Assembly: GCA_002633005.1 (NCBI GenBank)
Contig: NMRA01000257.1
Coordinates: 216,731-280,730 of the forward strand
From: Phoronis australis
Taxonomy: Eukaryota; Animalia; Phoronida
DNA: 64,000 nt
Reading direction: 5' to 3'
Positions 1-10,538 of this stretch are shown in pieces. Both the position numbers and the translations under genes were made by a program. The notes below the pieces were generated by a model. It did not search any database and had not been told where the DNA came from. It was given only the letters and a program-made list of their open reading frames with translations. Numbering within the stretch: the stretch's first letter is position 1; each line of letters opens with the position of its first letter.

Positions 1-264
1 ACTGGCAGTAGACGGTGGTTCTGTCCACAAAAGGCATACCGTCTCTATAGCTGGTAGTAGAGACGGTGGTACTGTCCACAAAAGGCATACCATCTCTATA
101 GCTGGCAGTAGAGACGATGGTACTGTCCACAAAAGGCATACCGTCTCTATAGCTGGCAGTAGAGACGGTGGTACTGTCCACAAAAGGCATACCGTCTTTA
201 TAGCTGGCAGTAGAGACGGTGGTACTGTCCATAAAAGGCATACCGTCTCTATAGCTGGCAGTAG
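1..264. repeat. 51-bp tandem repeat (~5 copies, truncated by window start); each unit carries a 10-bp inverted repeat
   Basis: Unit CTGGCAGTAGAGACGGTGGTACTGTCCACAAAAGGCATACCGTCTCTATAG; TAGAGACGGT and ACCGTCTCTA within the unit are reverse complements. Confidence 0.95.
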
Positions 265-1446
265 CTCCTATGGGAGATTCATACTCCATAAGCTTTTCAG
301 CGAATTATGCTTCACACTGATTAAAACCTCAAAGTTACATTGTTATGAGTACTTTTTATGCATACTAGTAGAGGGACATCTTACAGCTTGAATAGATTAC
401 TCGCGGAATCAAACTTTTTCTTCGAGTAGTCCTTCTCTAAGTTGTCCAAATCAGCAAATGGCTATTTTTAACTCTAAGCGCATTTCTGGTAGGTGCAGTA
501 AAAATAGAAGTGTGCCCTGTGCCAGTTTGCTATTTGGGCAACTGAACGAAGTTCTGCTCAAAGTAAAAGTTTGATTACGAGAGTATTTGTTCTAGTTGGA
601 AAGAATGATAAGGACATCAACAGCGGCTCCTTAAGGACTGTCCCTCTATGCGCAATGTGACTTCACTGTTTTCATCAGTGTGAAGCATAATTCACCGAAA
701 AGCATCTGGCGTATGAAGTGCCTGTGGAAGGTTCACCGTCTCTACAGCCACCTAGAGACGGTGAACTGTCAAGACGGAATGGAGTTCAACGCCACGAACG
801 ATGAACAGCCATACTGCTGCATACGCCGGAATGATTCACGGATGCGAACTTATTGGTATTTGAAGTTTGCAACTTTGACTAGACCAAATTAGCGATGCGT
901 GGACCATTAAGACATTTTATTTCTGTTAGTTATTACCCCCAGCACTCTAAAACTATACATATGAATGTGGATTACTAGTGCCGATCAATCAACAACACGA
1001 AACGAACAAATATTGAAGCTTGCCAGGCTATCGATCCCCTAGTTCTCCAACTGAACCCAAGTTGCGTGAGGTCTTATGGGCAAAATACGTACACCGATAA
1101 TCGCAACTCTGAAAATGAATTGAAGCAACATTCAACGACTTACTTAAAATCAAATAACTCGTAAGCTTCGCTCCCGCCCCTCGTAACAAGTTTGCCACCG
1201 ACGCGAAAGCCGATCCAAAATGAGCTTATGACCTATATACGGGTCCTTCGAAAAAAGCCCGGATTAGCTAGCAGGCAATGCAGTTTACACTCGTGAACTA
1301 AAGTCGGGTACAACTAAACCTGGCTCATTGACTCACAAACACCGCCCGCACTCATGAAACATGGCTTACATGTATGCATCCAAAACATTTCTCATTGACT
1401 TTTATGACTGAAGTCTGCGAAAAATTAAAAAAAATCATTAGCGGCT

Positions 1447-1686
1447 CATGCCGCGGCGCACCCAGGGCCGGCCGGGGGGGGGGGGGGGGGNCAAAGTGGG
1501 CAAAAAGGTCCGCCTGCGAGAAACAGTAAGGCCAAGAAAATGAGATAAAAATCTACTAAACAAGCACAAACGCGCAATTCACGGTGGTGCGTCCGTTGTT
1601 TTTTTTTTTTTTTAGTAGTCCGCCGGCCCTGGGTCCATAACGTTAGGAATTCGAGCCCCCCATATTGAAGGCTGGGTGCGCGCATG
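1447..1686 (+). mobile_element. MITE family A (CATGCGCGCACCCAG-type TIRs, hAT-like), copy 1
   Basis: Ends CATG..GCGCACCCAG and CTGGGTGCGCGCATG. Internal AAGTGGGCAAAAAGGTC and GGAATTCGAGCCCCCC are shared with copies at 8748 and 9181. Flanks TAGCGGCT/CCGCGGCT could be a decayed 8-bp TSD. Confidence 0.7.
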
Positions 1687-1951
1687 CCGCGGCTTGATAG
1701 ATATAGTCATCTTTGCCTTTAATCTCGATCCGACTGACCGACTGACGTACATCCGATCTTGTAGTGATCAGATAGCCGACGAGTCCGTCACGTACGCTAG
1801 ATCTGCTTTCCCGCAGCCTGTAAAGATGTCCGTAAAACTTAAGCATTAGTCAGATCACCCTCACTTAATTAAATATCTGGAAGTCTGGACCTTGCCCACT
1901 TACACGGGCAAAAGCCCCGCACTACTGAGCCGTTGTCGATCAGTAGTCATT

Positions 1952-2119
1952 TACCGTAAACTCACGGGTTAACGTCCATGTCCGGGTTAATGCCCATCCC
2001 TGACTTTTTGTCCATTCTCGGTTTAAGCGCCCACTGCTTGGGTAGGCGTCCAACCCTTAGCTCATGGTTTCCCTGAGCGCAAAAGGCCGGTCCACCTCAG
2101 AGTGCCGGATATTACGGTA
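1952..2119. mobile_element. Tc1/mariner-pogo-like MITE
   Basis: TA-CCGTAA ... TTACGG-TA termini with internal GGGTTAA subrepeats; a similar right end (GGGCGAATACGGTA) lies near 30502-30516. Confidence 0.55.
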
Positions 2120-2283
2120 GGCTTAATTTATTATTGAGTTTCACACTTTTGTGTGGTCAGTTCTTTGCTGCGGTTTCATAATTTGCCTACTAAAAGACCT
2201 TCTCAAAAATATTGTGACCACTACTATTAAGCAAATATCTGACAGCTAACACTTTTTGATGGGATAACTTGGTGTTCACAAGA

Positions 2284-2355
2284 CATGCCAGCCGACGCGG
2301 CACTAAATAAGTAGGGCTATAGCCCCCGGCCCAGCCCCCTGTACGGTGCGCCCCC
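2284..2355 (-). mobile_element. Single degenerate unit of mini-MITE family B, inverted
   Basis: GGGCTATAGCCCCCGGCCCAGCCCCCTGTACGGTGCGCC is the reverse complement of the unit at 2956 and 8029. Confidence 0.55.
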
Positions 2356-2429
2356 AATTCAAGTACTTTGATAAGGTTTCAACTTCATTCTTCGACATAA
2401 TTGCATAACTGTGGTGCATTTTTTTGTAA

Positions 2430-2597
2430 TGTGTGTNNNNNNNNNNNNNNNNNNNNNNNNNNNNNNNNNNNNNNNNNNNNNNNNNNNNNNNNNNNNNNNN
2501 NNNNNNNNNNNNNNNNNNNNNNNNNNNNNNNNNNNNNNNNNNNNNNNNNNNNNNNNNNNNNNNNNNNNNNNNNNNNNNNNNNNNNNNNNNNNNNNNN

Positions 2598-2634
<37 letters not shown>
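2430..2634. repeat. (TG)n microsatellite spanning an assembly gap (N 2437-2597)
   Basis: TG runs on both sides of the N block. Confidence 0.95.
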
Positions 2635-2637
<3 letters not shown>

Positions 2638-2955
2638 GATGTAGATATTGAGTGTTAATCTGCTATAGAGAAAATTTGCCAAGTAATTCTGGTGCCCAAA
2701 TAATAATGCTTCAAGTTTATTGAGTGAACTATGGAGTAAAACACATTAATTATCTTATGGTGTATCCAATATTATTTTATTATAAACTGAATCTGACGTT
2801 GAAAAAATACACACCATGAGGTAGATAAAACCCACACAAATTCCTTTTGCGAGGTTCTGGCATCTACACATACAGACCTACAACACTGTTTTGACTTACG
2901 ATCCCAGGAAGGCTGGCATATAATTCTAACAAGAATTAGTGATAATATGTCTTGC

Positions 2956-3101
2956 CATGGGCGGCGCACTATAGGGGGCTGGGAGGCTATAGCCCCCCGC
3001 CCAGTTTTTTCAGTGCTGCGCCGCACATGGTCTATATGCGGTGCACAACAGGGGGGCTGAGGGGCTTTAGCCCCACTTTTTTCAGTGCTGCGCCGCCCAT
3101 G
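2956..3101 (+). mobile_element. Mini-MITE family B, tandem dimer of ~70-bp units
   Basis: Outer TIRs CATGGGCGGCGCA / TGCGCCGCCCATG; two units joined by CACATG-GTC-TATATGCGG. Confidence 0.75.
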
Positions 3102-4973
3102 CATAACCTCTATGTTCAGATAATATAACATGGACTGTTTTGCACTACTTATACATATAAACGTTTTAATTTAGCGAATTTCATTATTTCATTGCTTGTG
3201 TTTCATGGTTTGTCCCTCTGGTGCCAGCGTTGTTGTTACAGCTCAGGCCCCCGGCTCTGCAGTTTGGTTCTGACTGGTTGCTAATTAGCCCACCAGCCAA
3301 GTGAAATTGAAGGGATAAGTGTGTTTTACTCCACGAATGTCTCAAATTTGAAGATGTTGAACTCTAATTTTGAATTGGTGATAGTTACTTACAGGGGTCT
3401 TGGATTTTGAAAACCAGTTTGCCGTTAGTTCAGTGGAGAAAAATGTTTCTCGAAACGTGGGACCTCTCTGTAAGTCATTATTACCTTTGAAGTAAGTGGT
3501 TTGGGGGCAATTCGAGTGTGGGATACCTTTTGAGATTTGTTCCTGTACATGTGGTTGAGCAGAAAAACTTCCTGTGTGTGAATTGGCAACAACTTGATTG
3601 CTATGATCTCGGGGTGAGTCGTTTTGAAGTAGGCTAACCGTCGTATTGACTCAATTCTGCCGCAAAATCGAATATAATCCAACTAAAAATTCTGTAACGT
3701 AGATTGGCAGCTGTGATACTCAAACTCATCCGCGCAAGTGACTACAATTGACACTGCACTGCCACGATACTTGTGCTGGCACAGTACTTTAATGTGACAT
3801 CCAAGTCTTATGCAGACGGAACTTCATAACAGCCTTTGGAAATGAGGTATAGAGGAAACAGTATGCAACGAAATTATTTTTGGCACAACTGCTTTTGGAT
3901 ATGGACGACGTAGAATGGCGACAAAAATAAAATTTCATTTTAATGGCTTAGTTCCGCCTTTTTAGTAGACCATCCAACTAGTGTAACTTAGGACTAATGC
4001 GCGTTTACACTTGGGCACCATCGGTATAGCGCACTTTCGTATTCTAGTGAGCTGCACCCGATCAGCCTTATCTTTGTTTTGACTATGAACTTTCCTGGAT
4101 GGATAAACAGTTACAAGACGTTGTATTTTCCTTTTCTTCATGGACGCTTTGTGAACCATGAAAACTAAGGCAAACCAGCAAAATTCACGTTCTGCAGAGA
4201 TTTTGTAAATGACTTTTCAAAATACCGAGGGAGAGAAAATAATACAAATTTGTTACTGTGGTTTGCACTCTAAAATATCACACGTGCACTTCATACCAGA
4301 CAAATTGCCACCCTTATAAACCAACTCGTGTTAGTTCAAGAGTCGCAATATGAAACCGACCCTGTCGCAACAAAATGGTCAGACTGTGTACGAAAACAGG
4401 CCAATGGGAAAACGTCAAAGAAAACCGATTATGTAGCCAGTCAGCCGTATTTTCGGAAAGAAGACGGGCATATTTTCTGAAACAGTCAAGCATTTTATGT
4501 GTTTTTAAACATATTAGTAAATTTTTAAAGAAACACGTTCTTTTTAATGTATGTAATTGTATCTCAATGGTAAGAATTTTATTCTTCCATACTTATTTCT
4601 CATTATGCAAACACAGTTTGTTAGAATTGTCCTTCATAATCTTAGTTACCAGCAAAATCAACAAATATCTCAATAAATGATGGTCATTTGAGTGAAATCG
4701 CGAGACATTAATGTCTCGCCAAAATAAATCTTTACTTCAAAACACATTACAAACGGATGATTAAACGAGTCCGTCCGATTTTCAAGACATGCTAACCGTA
4801 CCAAAATACGCACATGGTTGTACTTTCTTTGAATTTTTCCGAAAATACGCAAATGGACGTACTTGCTTTGGGGTGAGTCTATATTTTTGGAAATCCCCGG
4901 TTGTTGGCATTTGACGAGTACAATTGGTGACGTCGAACTATCTGTGGCGTATTCACTTTACAAATTCTGTAAA

Positions 4974-7406
4974 ATGAAGCCGAGAATGGCTCACAGTGTC
5001 ATTCGAAACTTTGTAAAAGTTTCAATATTATGGTTTATAGACTGTATTTTGCGAATTATGCTGAGAAAGACCGAGAAAGTTTACTCTGTCACGTGGAAAT
5101 TCCCACGCATTGTGTCTTTTGGAAATAAAGACGCCTCTGGAACGACGGCAGTGAATGACGAGTGGTCAGGAGACACATCTGACGCTTCCGAAACTGTTCA
5201 CAAAGCAGAAGCTGACACTAAATTAATGGAATCTTATGTCAGGTGCGTAACAGATTTGTGTTGTCTTCTTGTGATAGCAACACGCAGCAAAAAGGCAAAC
5301 AGTATCCGCAAATCAACGGACCTTGATGGGCATGTCACCGAGTGTGAAGTCGAGTGCGAAGTTGGAAACTCGACAAGCATCTGCAAAGAAGACGCAAAAT
5401 GTGAAAGAAACACTTCGGAGGAACTGTCCCGCGATTCCATAGAGAACGACCAGAAGTTAAAACAGAATGTCCATGAAAATACGGATCTAACAAATGAACA
5501 GAAAGATCCTACTGATGACCCTGGTGTTGAAGGGAGAGAATTCATGCAATTGAACGGTAAAAGCAAACCAGGCGACGTCGAAGATGTTCAACAGGAAGTC
5601 ATTCAGCCGTCAAGTACCACTGGGTCTGCTGATGAGGCTTATAGTGAGGAAAAAGTCCCGAAATCCGAAAGCAAACCCGTTCAAAATGACCACTTAGAAG
5701 ACGCCACACTGTCTGATTTTACTAAGACAACTGAGTCTACAGATTCGGAGAAAGTGTGCCCCATTTCTACAAAGAAAGATGGGATGTGGAAGACTAATGA
5801 CCATCAAAAGACGGACCTTCCAAATTCAACAAAAGCGCCAATTGGTAACCCTGATGGTAGAGGGGGAGAAATCACAAAATTGGATGACAGAAACAAACCG
5901 ATTGACGTTGAAAATGTTCGAAAGGAAGTCATGGAACCGTCAGATATCGCTTGTTTCCCTGATGGTATGAAGAAAGTCTTGAAATCTAAAAGTAAAAGCG
6001 TTGAAGCTCACCACTTTGAAGACGCTACCAAGTCGACCGAGTCTAGAGTTTCTGAGGAAGTTTACCAGATTTTCAAAGACAAGGATGAATTGCTGAAGAA
6101 GAATATCCATGGAAAGTCTGAGCTGCCAGAGTTACAGGCAAGTCAAATCCCTATTATTACAGCCGAGAAAGAAAATTGCATCGAAGTACGAAATATTGAG
6201 GAAATTCCTGCGGACGCCGAAGATTGTGAAATCCATGGGTTGCCTTACGGTGCAACTTTTTTCTCTATTGAAATAGCTGCTTCAGAAATCATCCGCCGTA
6301 GCTCTACATGTATGATTGATACTGGAGAGAAAGAAGCCGGTAAACTGGAAGGCATAAACAAGCTAGGCTGCGTTGAAGATGTTCGACAGGAAGTCACACA
6401 CTCGTCAAGTACTGTTGATTTTGCAGACAATCATAGTAAGGAGAAAGTCGTGAAATATGAAAGCATATCCGTTAGAGGTCCCCATTTGGACGACATCACA
6501 CTGATAGATTTCAGTGATTCGAGTGAGCCTACAGTTTCGTCTGTGATTGGGGAAACATTTACACAGGACTCGCGACGATCCATATCTGAGACTCTGTGCA
6601 GCACATCAGGCAGCGTCGAAGGTAAAAGCCTACAAGATGCAAATTTGCACAGCTTCGCTAAGTTGCCCCAAGATGCCATTTCTTCTCATACTGTGAATCT
6701 TTTAGAGTACACGTTAATAGATAAAACTGTTGAGAAGGACAAAATAAAATTTCAGAGCAGTGGTCTGCCCAGCAAGCGTGAAGAAATGCCACTAGCACTG
6801 GACGATGTTAAACCTTCTAGTGTCACCACCTGGCCTCACAGTCACATTTCGTTTGTGACGTTGCATTTTCCAACGAATATTGATATGTCCGTAATCAGTA
6901 ATGATGAAATTAATACCACATACCTTCAAGCTAAGAACGAGCCAGGGGAGGTTGAGGATACTCGCCTAGAGGACCACAGACCGTCTCCTTTTGCAACGTT
7001 GCCTCAGTATGATTTTTGTTTTGCTGCTGGGGATAATTTAGTGGACACTGAATACAACGGTAAAAGTAAAACAAGATTGCAAATCAACAACAAGCCATAC
7101 GTAATTGACGGCATATGTTCAGAAGACGACAAGACGTTTGTGGATGTGCCTCTTGACGACGATTCTTCTAATTCAGAAGACACCCACAGAATTATCGGTG
7201 ATTTTACGGATAAATCAAATATTGTAAAACGCGAAGGACTTTTCAAGCGTTTGAAATCACGATTCAGACGGAATCGTCACGTGGTCGAAGACTGTGCTAC
7301 TTCCTCTTTGCAGGCTCAAAGTTTCGCCTCACGATGGCGGCATTTGATGTGTTGTAGTGCTTGTCAAGACGAGAACACCTACATGTATGCCAGATTACAC
7401 GACTGA
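4974..7406 (+). CDS. Intronless uncharacterised acidic, largely disordered protein (~810 aa) with internal ~110-aa repeats
   Basis: 2.4-kb uninterrupted frame; first ATG at 4974 (ORF track starts at an upstream TTG, 4863). Repeated motifs DVEDVQQEV / DVENVRKEV / CVEDVRQEV and HLEDAT / HFEDAT / HLDDIT. AATAAA near 7559. No family recognised. Confidence 0.75.
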   Translation: MKPRMAHSVIRNFVKVSILWFIDCILRIMLRKTEKVYSVTWKFPRIVSFGNKDASGTTAVNDEWSGDTSDASETVHKAEADTKLMESYVRCVTDLCCLLVIATRSKKANSIRKSTDLDGHVTECEVECEVGNSTSICKEDAKCERNTSEELSRDSIENDQKLKQNVHENTDLTNEQKDPTDDPGVEGREFMQLNGKSKPGDVEDVQQEVIQPSSTTGSADEAYSEEKVPKSESKPVQNDHLEDATLSDFTKTTESTDSEKVCPISTKKDGMWKTNDHQKTDLPNSTKAPIGNPDGRGGEITKLDDRNKPIDVENVRKEVMEPSDIACFPDGMKKVLKSKSKSVEAHHFEDATKSTESRVSEEVYQIFKDKDELLKKNIHGKSELPELQASQIPIITAEKENCIEVRNIEEIPADAEDCEIHGLPYGATFFSIEIAASEIIRRSSTCMIDTGEKEAGKLEGINKLGCVEDVRQEVTHSSSTVDFADNHSKEKVVKYESISVRGPHLDDITLIDFSDSSEPTVSSVIGETFTQDSRRSISETLCSTSGSVEGKSLQDANLHSFAKLPQDAISSHTVNLLEYTLIDKTVEKDKIKFQSSGLPSKREEMPLALDDVKPSSVTTWPHSHISFVTLHFPTNIDMSVISNDEINTTYLQAKNEPGEVEDTRLEDHRPSPFATLPQYDFCFAAGDNLVDTEYNGKSKTRLQINNKPYVIDGICSEDDKTFVDVPLDDDSSNSEDTHRIIGDFTDKSNIVKREGLFKRLKSRFRRNRHVVEDCATSSLQAQSFASRWRHLMCCSACQDENTYMYARLHD

Positions 7407-8028
7407 CGGACAGAAGTATAAGCTCAATCTTGAGCGCCTTTTTAACTCTTTTAACGTTTTTTATCATAAAATACGCTGTACATCGTTGTGTTTTTCGTTA
7501 CTATAATAAGTCTATGCTGTGCACACATATTGAATGTAAATTGCATGAGGACAGGTAAAATAAATGAAAGTGCAGCTGCAAAGTTTATTTCAAGTGTGCT
7601 TAAGCTGAAAGTGCGATGAGTACTCTCTAACGGACATATACTTCCAATGTAATGTGACACTTCTCTTTTGCCGCCTATCTAGACTGACACCACAAGACAG
7701 GTTACACAGCCATCTACACTGCATGTCCAGATAAAAACTGACCAGTAGGCAGATTGTTCGAGGTTTTGATTCAATAAAATGACTGCCAAAATTGTTCGTT
7801 GTTAGAGGCATGCATAACGCAATCTCGTCGTATAGCGTAGTAGCCAGCACACTAACTCGGGGCAGCTGGAATATGCAATTGCCACAAAATTCCGAAATTT
7901 CGATTAAAGCATATTCATTAAAGACCCGGATTTAACTATCGTGTTTACTAATTGTCCACACATTTGCCGAAAATCTTTTCAAATCGTCGGTAATAGCGAG
8001 CCCAGTTTCATTCCCAAAGTCCCTAATA

Positions 8029-8238
8029 CATGGGCGGCGCACCATAGGGGGCTGGGGGCTAAAGCCCTCTACTTTTTTCAGTGCTACGCCGAACATGGTC
8101 TATAGGCGGTGCACCACAGGGGGGCTAAGGGGGCTTTAGCCTCCCACTTTTTTCAGTGCTACGCCGCACATGGTCTATAGGCGGTGCACCACAGGGGGGC
8201 TAAAGCCCTCCACTTTTTTCAGTGCTGCGCCGCCCACA
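8029..8238 (+). mobile_element. Mini-MITE family B, tandem trimer
   Basis: Same unit and same CATG-GTC-TATAGGCGG junctions as 2956-3101. Confidence 0.75.
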
Positions 8239-8747
8239 CTGGCACCATAGATGTTACAGGAACCGCAGTTGACATTCTAAGTGATTTCTCCGTCACTGTT
8301 GAAAAAGATAACTACAACCAACTAACGTAACGGTTTACATCATTTAGACCGAGGAGAAGTAATAGTTTGGTGCTGGTGATGTATAACTGAATACTGAAAC
8401 AAAAAATATTGGTATTATGTCGAAACGAAAAGTACTCAGCCTCTTAACCAATGCCTTGAAACTTTGTGTGGCTGATTTCATATTTTCATGCTTATTCCAA
8501 ATCAGCAGGAGGCCAAACTCAAGTTCCCTAACTGCTGCCATTAACTTCTGTTTACATCCCAGTTACTGCAGCCTCGTTCTGACGCGTTCTCAACGACCCA
8601 AAAGTTATTATAATTTTAAAAATAATGAACGTAGTTGCGAACTTTTGTTTTATTTTCATTCCATTACGACATAAACATAATCATACAGTGTTCATGCACT
8701 CTTATAAGCATACCAAACCGGGTTTTGACCTATTAACAGACATTAAA

Positions 8748-8915
8748 CATGCACGCACTTGGGGGCGGGGCTCGTGGCCCCATTTGGCTTAGTGGACAAA
8801 AAAGTCAGAGACAAAGTCCACTAAAAAGGCGCGAGGCACCCAGTTTTTTTAGGAAAAGATCCACATCCTCCGGAATTCGACCCCCCCCCTATATTTTAGG
8901 TTGGGTGCGCGCATG
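8748..8915 (+). mobile_element. MITE family A, copy 2
   Basis: CATGCACGCAC ... GGAATTCGACCCCCCCC ... TTGGGTGCGCGCATG. Confidence 0.7.
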
Positions 8916-9180
8916 TTAGAAACAACTTTTCCACACCATTTTCTGATAGAAAATAATGGTCTGTAATCCCCCACAACTCTCGAAAGTTTGGAGACTTTGA
9001 AAACTCCATTCAAAGTCTTCTAAACAGGCAAGCGTGACATGCGCATTTAGCGAATTACATGGAAACTGAGACAAAAGACCACCCCTGAGAACCATAATAA
9101 CCAATCTGTGAGGTAGGGAGTATCAGTTTTTAGATGATTTCTGCTTTCATGGTTCAAGATTGGCGCCACTGATAAGTTAG

Positions 9181-9433
9181 CATGCAGGCAGGCATCCTGC
9201 CTAAAAATGGGGGGCTCGAATTTTTGAGAATGTGGACCTTTTACTAACCTTCATGGGGTACGTTCAGAGCTACATGTATGAATTGTGCATTCGCGGAATT
9301 TTGGTAGTTTCTGATTTTTAGTGGACTTTTGCCTCATTTTCTACTTTTTTTGGATTTTTTGCATTTCTGAGGACCTTTTTGCCCACTTCGCCAAATGAGG
9401 GGACTCGTTGGAGCCCCCCTGGGTGCGCGCATG
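9181..9433 (-). mobile_element. MITE family A, copy 3 (inverted)
   Basis: Contains GGGGGGCTCGAATT and GACCTTTTTGCCCACTT (reverse complements of copy-1 internal motifs); ends CTGGGTGCGCGCATG. Confidence 0.7.
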
Positions 9434-9484
9434 GCAAGTGACAGGATGAGGATGGGAGGAAATCATCAAAACACAGTTTGATAC

Positions 9485-9815
9485 CTTTTTAAAGGAAGTG
9501 GAAGAGTAACTCATGACTCTAAATAAAGAAACAACATAACTTTTTGTATCTGACAGATCAGCACAGAAATAAGTATCAAAACTAACACATCCTTTGATAA
9601 GTGCATCACAGCAGGAATGTCAGTTATTTTAATACTATTACTAGGGAAACATAATAATCATACACTTTTAAAGGAAGTGCCAGTATAACTCAGGACTCTA
9701 AATAAGGAAATGACCTGTCGTACATGTTTTGTATGGGTACATCACAGATCCAAGTCCAAAACTGAATTAAATATCTAAATTAACAAGTCCTTGATGAGTG
9801 TATCCTAGCAGAGAC
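9485..9815. repeat. Degenerate ~179-bp tandem duplication (2 copies)
   Basis: TTTTAAAGGAAGTG..TAACTCA(T/G)GACTCTAAATAA(A/G)GAAA occurs at ~9487 and ~9666. Confidence 0.6.
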
Positions 9816-10538
9816 CTTATTTTTAAGCAGCCTTGAACAAAGGTTATGGAAAGTGCAACTACACTCAAAGTCTAACAAATAGCAGATAAAATACATTTAA
9901 GTTTTGAGTTTAATGTCAGTATTCAGTATCTGTATTGAATGGGCAGTATTGTCACTGCTATTGAATGGACAATATTGTAATTTATCTGCTTTTCAAATAG
10001 TGGCACCCAACTCTAGTAATAATTAGTGCAATTCAAGTGAAAGCACTACTAGTCAGAATATTCTGTGAGAATTGGCCAACTTAAGTAATGCTGGCTTTAC
10101 AAACTTTGGGTTAACTGTAAAGATCAGAAAACTGAGACAGATCTGTGTAAACTTGTTACCATACTCCAAGGTAACTTTGTAATTCTAATTAGCACAGAGT
10201 TCATTAATGGGCTTCGTGAAAACTGTCACAGAGTTTGAATATGAAAAATTATCAACTTTACTTCATTTACAACATTTTTGATCTTCTAATATTAAATGCT
10301 ACAGTGCTGCGATTACAAAAGTTATCCAAGGCTGTCCAAACATTGTTGACCTTTTATAAAATGCAACCCCAAACTCTGCCACTCAAATTTTACTAGAATA
10401 CATTTCGAAGTTATGTCTAATTGCAAATGGCATTGCATGCAGAACTAGACTGAAAATGTGAAAATATTTGGTAGGTTATTCCACCTACTGTCCTAAGAGA
10501 TGATGGCGTAGTTGAAGATATGTTATGAGTGTTTGATG

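Noticed and set aside
1-264. CRISPR-like look of the hairpin-containing repeats
   Set aside because: Units are contiguous with no unique spacers, the context is eukaryotic, and there are no cas genes.
2359-2682. ORFs with poly-X and TH/CV repeats
   Set aside because: Translation through an N gap and a (TG)n tract.
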